39,813 bases of DNA from an uncultured Rikenellaceae bacterium (GTDB lineage Bacteria; Bacteroidota; Bacteroidia; Bacteroidales; Rikenellaceae), in assembly GCA_947038135.1 (NCBI GenBank), contig CAMQVM010000001.1, positions 1 through 39,813 of the forward strand. The letters are read 5' to 3'. A model generated the notes under the pieces. That model had not been told where the DNA came from. It was given only the letters and a program-made list of their open reading frames with translations, and ran no database searches. How positions within the stretch are numbered: position 1 is the stretch's first letter; each line of letters starts with the position of its first letter. Position numbers and translations under genes: made by a program. Of this stretch, positions 37,118 through 39,813 are shown piece after piece.

Positions 37118-37483
37118 ATGACTGCAATAAATAATGAATCACAATACAAAGCCATGATGCAACGCATAGATGAGCTCTTGATAATAGTGGATGATAACAC
37201 GCCAGAAAATGATGTAAATTCAGTAGAGTTAGTCTTATTATCTAATTTAGTTGCCGACTATGATAACAAGTATTACCCAGTAGGTAAACCAACATTACAA
37301 GATATTCTGAAATTAAGAATGTATGAGATGAAGTTAACTCAGAAGAACATTGCTGAACTCCTAGGAGTCAGCCCATCAAGAGTAAGCGAGTATATCACAG
37401 GTAAGAATGAACCAACCTTAAAAGTAGCTCGTCAAATTTGCGTTAAGTTATCTGTAGATGCAACTATTGTTTTAGGACTCTAA
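37118..37483 (+). CDS. higA: HigA-type antitoxin, copy 2, 121 aa
   Basis: Paralogue of 33880-34245 with the same HTH segment. Confidence 0.8.
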   Translation: MTAINNESQYKAMMQRIDELLIIVDDNTPENDVNSVELVLLSNLVADYDNKYYPVGKPTLQDILKLRMYEMKLTQKNIAELLGVSPSRVSEYITGKNEPTLKVARQICVKLSVDATIVLGL

Positions 37484-37524
37484 ATTAACGATTGAAAAAA
37501 GTTTATATTAATAATTCTAATATT

Positions 37525-37785
37525 ATGGCAACACAAATAATGGCGAGAGAATTTAGAGATAAGCAAAAAAGTATATTTGATTGCGCAGATAATGGCGAGA
37601 AAATTATCATTCGTAGAGGAAAGAAAAAAGCATATCTTTTAGTACCACTAGAAGAGGAAGCTGATTTATTCTTCACTCCTCAGATGTATGCAAAAATAGA
37701 TAAGTCAATTGAAGAAGTAAACAATGGCGAGTGCGTGAAGCTTCAATCTAAAGAAGATCTTGCAAAATTTTTAGAGAAACTTTGA
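37525..37785 (+). CDS. Phd/YefM-like small protein (putative antitoxin), 86 aa
   Basis: Start reassigned to the ATG at 37525 (MATQIMAREFRDKQKSIFDCADNGEKIIIRRGKK.AYLLVPLEE), a typical Phd/YefM-type N-terminal fold pattern. Confidence 0.55.
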   Translation: MATQIMAREFRDKQKSIFDCADNGEKIIIRRGKKKAYLLVPLEEEADLFFTPQMYAKIDKSIEEVNNGECVKLQSKEDLAKFLEKL

Positions 37786-37829
37786 GTATGTATGGATAGT
37801 TCCTAATTTACAACCTAAATATATTAAAT

Positions 37830-38885
37830 ATGAGAGCATTTAAATTTAGAACAGATATAAAAAGAGATATCGATGATGGTATAGCTATTAATAAATTATA
37901 TGCATCTGACAGAGACAATCTAAATGACCCGTCAGAAATGAATTTTGATGATTCAGAGTTTATTGATTTTTTAGAATTACACAATAATTTCTCTGTAGAG
38001 GTGAAAAAAGAGTATGAATTACTACGTGATTTCATGTTTAAAAAATGTGGTATTTTATCATTGTCTAAGAATGTTTACAATGAATTATTATGGGCATATT
38101 ATGCAGATGGGCATAAAGGCTTCTGTATCGAATATGATACTGATGTGATAATGGAGTGTTATAATTATGGTTTAAGAAAGAAAAATGGCAGATTTGTGGA
38201 TTTAAATGGCAGACCCCAACAAGAGCCAATGGTGTCTGAATTAGATATTGTTTATCAAAAAACATTTCCTAAATTTGATACCAATGTTATGAAAAGATTA
38301 TCTGACACAAAAGATCATAAAGAAATCTTAACTTGCACCATTGGAACTAAATCTAAAAGCTGGAAACACGAAGATGAGGTGAGATTAATTTTCAGTAAAA
38401 ATAGACTTTGTGAATTTGATTATAGAGCTGTAAAGGGGATATATTTTGGATGTCGTTTTGATGACACAAATAATGAAATCAATCGTATTATGGAGCTTTT
38501 GAAAGGACGAAATATAAAATATTATAAAATGAAATTTAATCCTAAAAGTTATACTTTAACTTACGATGAACTTCCTGACAACTATATTTCTGCTCCCGAG
38601 TATGTAGCCAATAATTTACCTAATGACAATGTTAACATTCATTCAACACATGAACATACAGATCCCTATGAGGATATGCTACATAAGGCATTGGAAATAG
38701 TAAGTAAAGAGCCATGTATCAATTCTATAAAATATGCGAGCGTTTGTACTCCTGAAAATCCGATGATATCTGTTGTCACATCTGTAAATGATGATTTTAA
38801 AATTTTTCCTGAAAAAATCTTTCGATTTGATATGGATATAAAAAAAAGGGACGTACGACTTAGACGGTTTCAATTTGAAGATTGA
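37830..38885 (+). CDS. DUF2971-family protein, 351 aa
   Basis: LNDPSEMNF, ILSLSKNVYNELLWAYYADGHKGFCIEYD and WKHEDEVRLI match the DUF2971 signature. Confidence 0.7.
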   Translation: MRAFKFRTDIKRDIDDGIAINKLYASDRDNLNDPSEMNFDDSEFIDFLELHNNFSVEVKKEYELLRDFMFKKCGILSLSKNVYNELLWAYYADGHKGFCIEYDTDVIMECYNYGLRKKNGRFVDLNGRPQQEPMVSELDIVYQKTFPKFDTNVMKRLSDTKDHKEILTCTIGTKSKSWKHEDEVRLIFSKNRLCEFDYRAVKGIYFGCRFDDTNNEINRIMELLKGRNIKYYKMKFNPKSYTLTYDELPDNYISAPEYVANNLPNDNVNIHSTHEHTDPYEDMLHKALEIVSKEPCINSIKYASVCTPENPMISVVTSVNDDFKIFPEKIFRFDMDIKKRDVRLRRFQFED

Positions 38886-38928
38886 TGTACATTTGCAAAA
38901 CAAATAATTAACAACTAATAAAAAAAAC

Positions 38929-39447
38929 ATGAAAAAAGTATTTCCCTCTGAAAGTTCCTCTGTTGCTCCTGCTGATTTGATTAAATCTACTTATGAAGAA
39001 TTAGCTCCTTTTGTGATAGATATATTTAACTATATATCACACTTATCTTATACTCATAATAAGACACCATTTTCTAAACCATTCTTTCCTATAGCTTTAA
39101 AGGATTTTGCAGAATTAATGGATTATTCTTATGATGAATTAATGCAACCATCTCCACTTATAAATGTAGATATTCTCTCTATCGAGTCTATTTTTAATCC
39201 CTCCAAAGCACCCCAAGCAAAACAATACAGAGATTATTTTGAATTTATATTAACGGTGTGTTTATCAAAAGCTATTTGTTTAAATATAGAAACTTCTACG
39301 CGTTCTACACTTATTAGCACTCAGCTATTTACCGAATTTAAGTACATAGATAATAGTGAAGATCCTATCTATCAAGTGCGTTTGGGTGAGTTTTTCTTTC
39401 TACAGATGAATAAAGATACTTATCTTATAGAGTCTTTGGTTAAATAA
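38929..39447 (+). CDS. Hypothetical protein, 172 aa; possibly a truncated Rep-N-terminal-like paralogue
   Basis: Clean ORF next to the origin. There is weak pattern similarity to the N-terminal third of ORF 373-1581 (ALKDFAELMDYS versus DTTEFCKMFKYC). Confidence 0.4.
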   Translation: MKKVFPSESSSVAPADLIKSTYEELAPFVIDIFNYISHLSYTHNKTPFSKPFFPIALKDFAELMDYSYDELMQPSPLINVDILSIESIFNPSKAPQAKQYRDYFEFILTVCLSKAICLNIETSTRSTLISTQLFTEFKYIDNSEDPIYQVRLGEFFFLQMNKDTYLIESLVK

Positions 39448-39590
39448 AAAAAAATGACAAATTGTAGAGTTTAAAGCGGTGTGACTCCGAGTAGACAGCG
39501 TAAATATAGCCCTAAAAGCTGCATAGGGTAGCCGTAAATGAAATTAATCCCTCTTTAGGTAGTTTGGTATACCCCGACTGGCGACCTCGC
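39446..39590 (-). ncRNA. Candidate ~140-nt structured RNA between motif copy F and a U9 tract
   Basis: Relatively GC-rich, non-coding stretch with local stems (CCCTA..TAGGG; GGTATACC palindrome) and a long-range TAAAGCG/CGCTTTA pairing. Bounded by a promoter-like motif and A9 (39446-39454 on plus). Confidence 0.3.
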
Positions 39591-39607
39591 TTTAGTGACC
39601 CTTTATA
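39585..39607 (-). promoter_or_regulatory. Dispersed motif copy F (reverse complement TATAAAGGGTCACTAAAGCGAGG)
   Basis: Perfect consensus on the minus strand. The predicted +1 is at 39590. Confidence 0.35.
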
Positions 39608-39618
39608 TTGTCTTAGCT

Positions 39619-39660
39619 GGATAAGCAGTTATCTTCATAAATGAAGATAACTGCTTATCC
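39619..39660. repeat. 19-bp perfect inverted repeat GGATAAGCAGTTATCTTCA-TAAA-TGAAGATAACTGCTTATCC
   Basis: Read directly. Lies between motif F and the AT-rich tract and iterons. Confidence 0.85.
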
Positions 39661-39692
39661 GTATTCGTGAGCAAAGCGAACAATACACAAGT

Positions 39693-39736
39693 TCCTTTTT
39701 TCCTTTTATTTAATTTAATTAATTTTATTTATATAT
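39693..39736. other. AT-rich tract, candidate DNA-unwinding element of the origin
   Basis: TTCCTTTTTTCCTTTTATTTAATTTAATTAATTTTATTTATATAT immediately precedes the iteron-like units. Confidence 0.4.
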
Positions 39737-39737
39737 G

Positions 39738-39813
39738 GTGTCTAGTTATATACACCTTTTTTTGTATAGAAGTAGCCTAACCCCATTTCACTGTGTCTAG
39801 TTATATACACCTT
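39738..39813 (+). repeat. Two iteron-like units (GTGTCTAGTTATATACACCTT...) at 39738 and 39793; the last is cut by the window end
   Basis: Same 19-nt core as the units at 1-160 with one substitution (GTGTC versus GTGGC). Confidence 0.8.

Noticed and set aside
34163-38930. Short ORFs 34163-34345, 34718-34942, 35935-36174, 37012-37200, 37808-38035, 38065-38265 and 38679-38930
   Set aside because: They are antisense to the higA, recombinase, Abi_2 and DUF2971 genes, with hydrophobic, low-complexity translations.

Overview
The window is very AT-rich and reads as a complete, or nearly complete, roughly 39.8-kb circular conjugative plasmid of a Bacteroidota (Flavobacteriia-like) host. All calls come from reading the sequence and ORF track by eye; no homology search was run.

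Gene content, in order:
- Replication (39619-39813 wrapping to 1-1581): related ~32-bp iterons sit at both window ends, next to a long inverted repeat and a putative rep gene.
- Surface module (1688-9248): two giant lipoproteins built from Ig-like and InlB-B-type repeats, then a small beta-barrel outer-membrane protein. A (GA)27 microsatellite and two terminator-like hairpins lie between the lipoprotein genes.
- Transfer genes (9314-18059): a type IV coupling protein and a Bacteroidetes-type T4SS set (traE, F, G, I-like, J, K, M, N).
- Mob operon (18317-25946, minus strand): an RHH-like accessory protein, a 1898-aa relaxase (MobB-type N-terminus plus about 15 repeat modules) and an M23 peptidase.
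- Putative oriT and leading region (26013-28365): G-rich nested tandem repeats, a duplicated promoter/leader cassette, DUF2958, a methyltransferase-like protein lacking its catalytic motif, and an orphan ORF.
- 28428-32040: a decayed XRE module, then an Eco57I-like N6-adenine methyltransferase translationally coupled to an unknown 212-aa protein.
- 32100-33711: a parA partition module.
- Addiction/defence island (33880-38885): two diverged higBA pairs in inverted orientation around a serine recombinase and an Abi_2 gene, then a Phd-like gene and a DUF2971 gene.

The most unusual signal is a dispersed 23-bp motif, TATAAAGRGTCACTAAAGCGAGG, with 6 good copies and 1 degenerate copy. It closely resembles a T3/T7-class single-subunit RNA polymerase promoter, but no such polymerase is encoded in the window.
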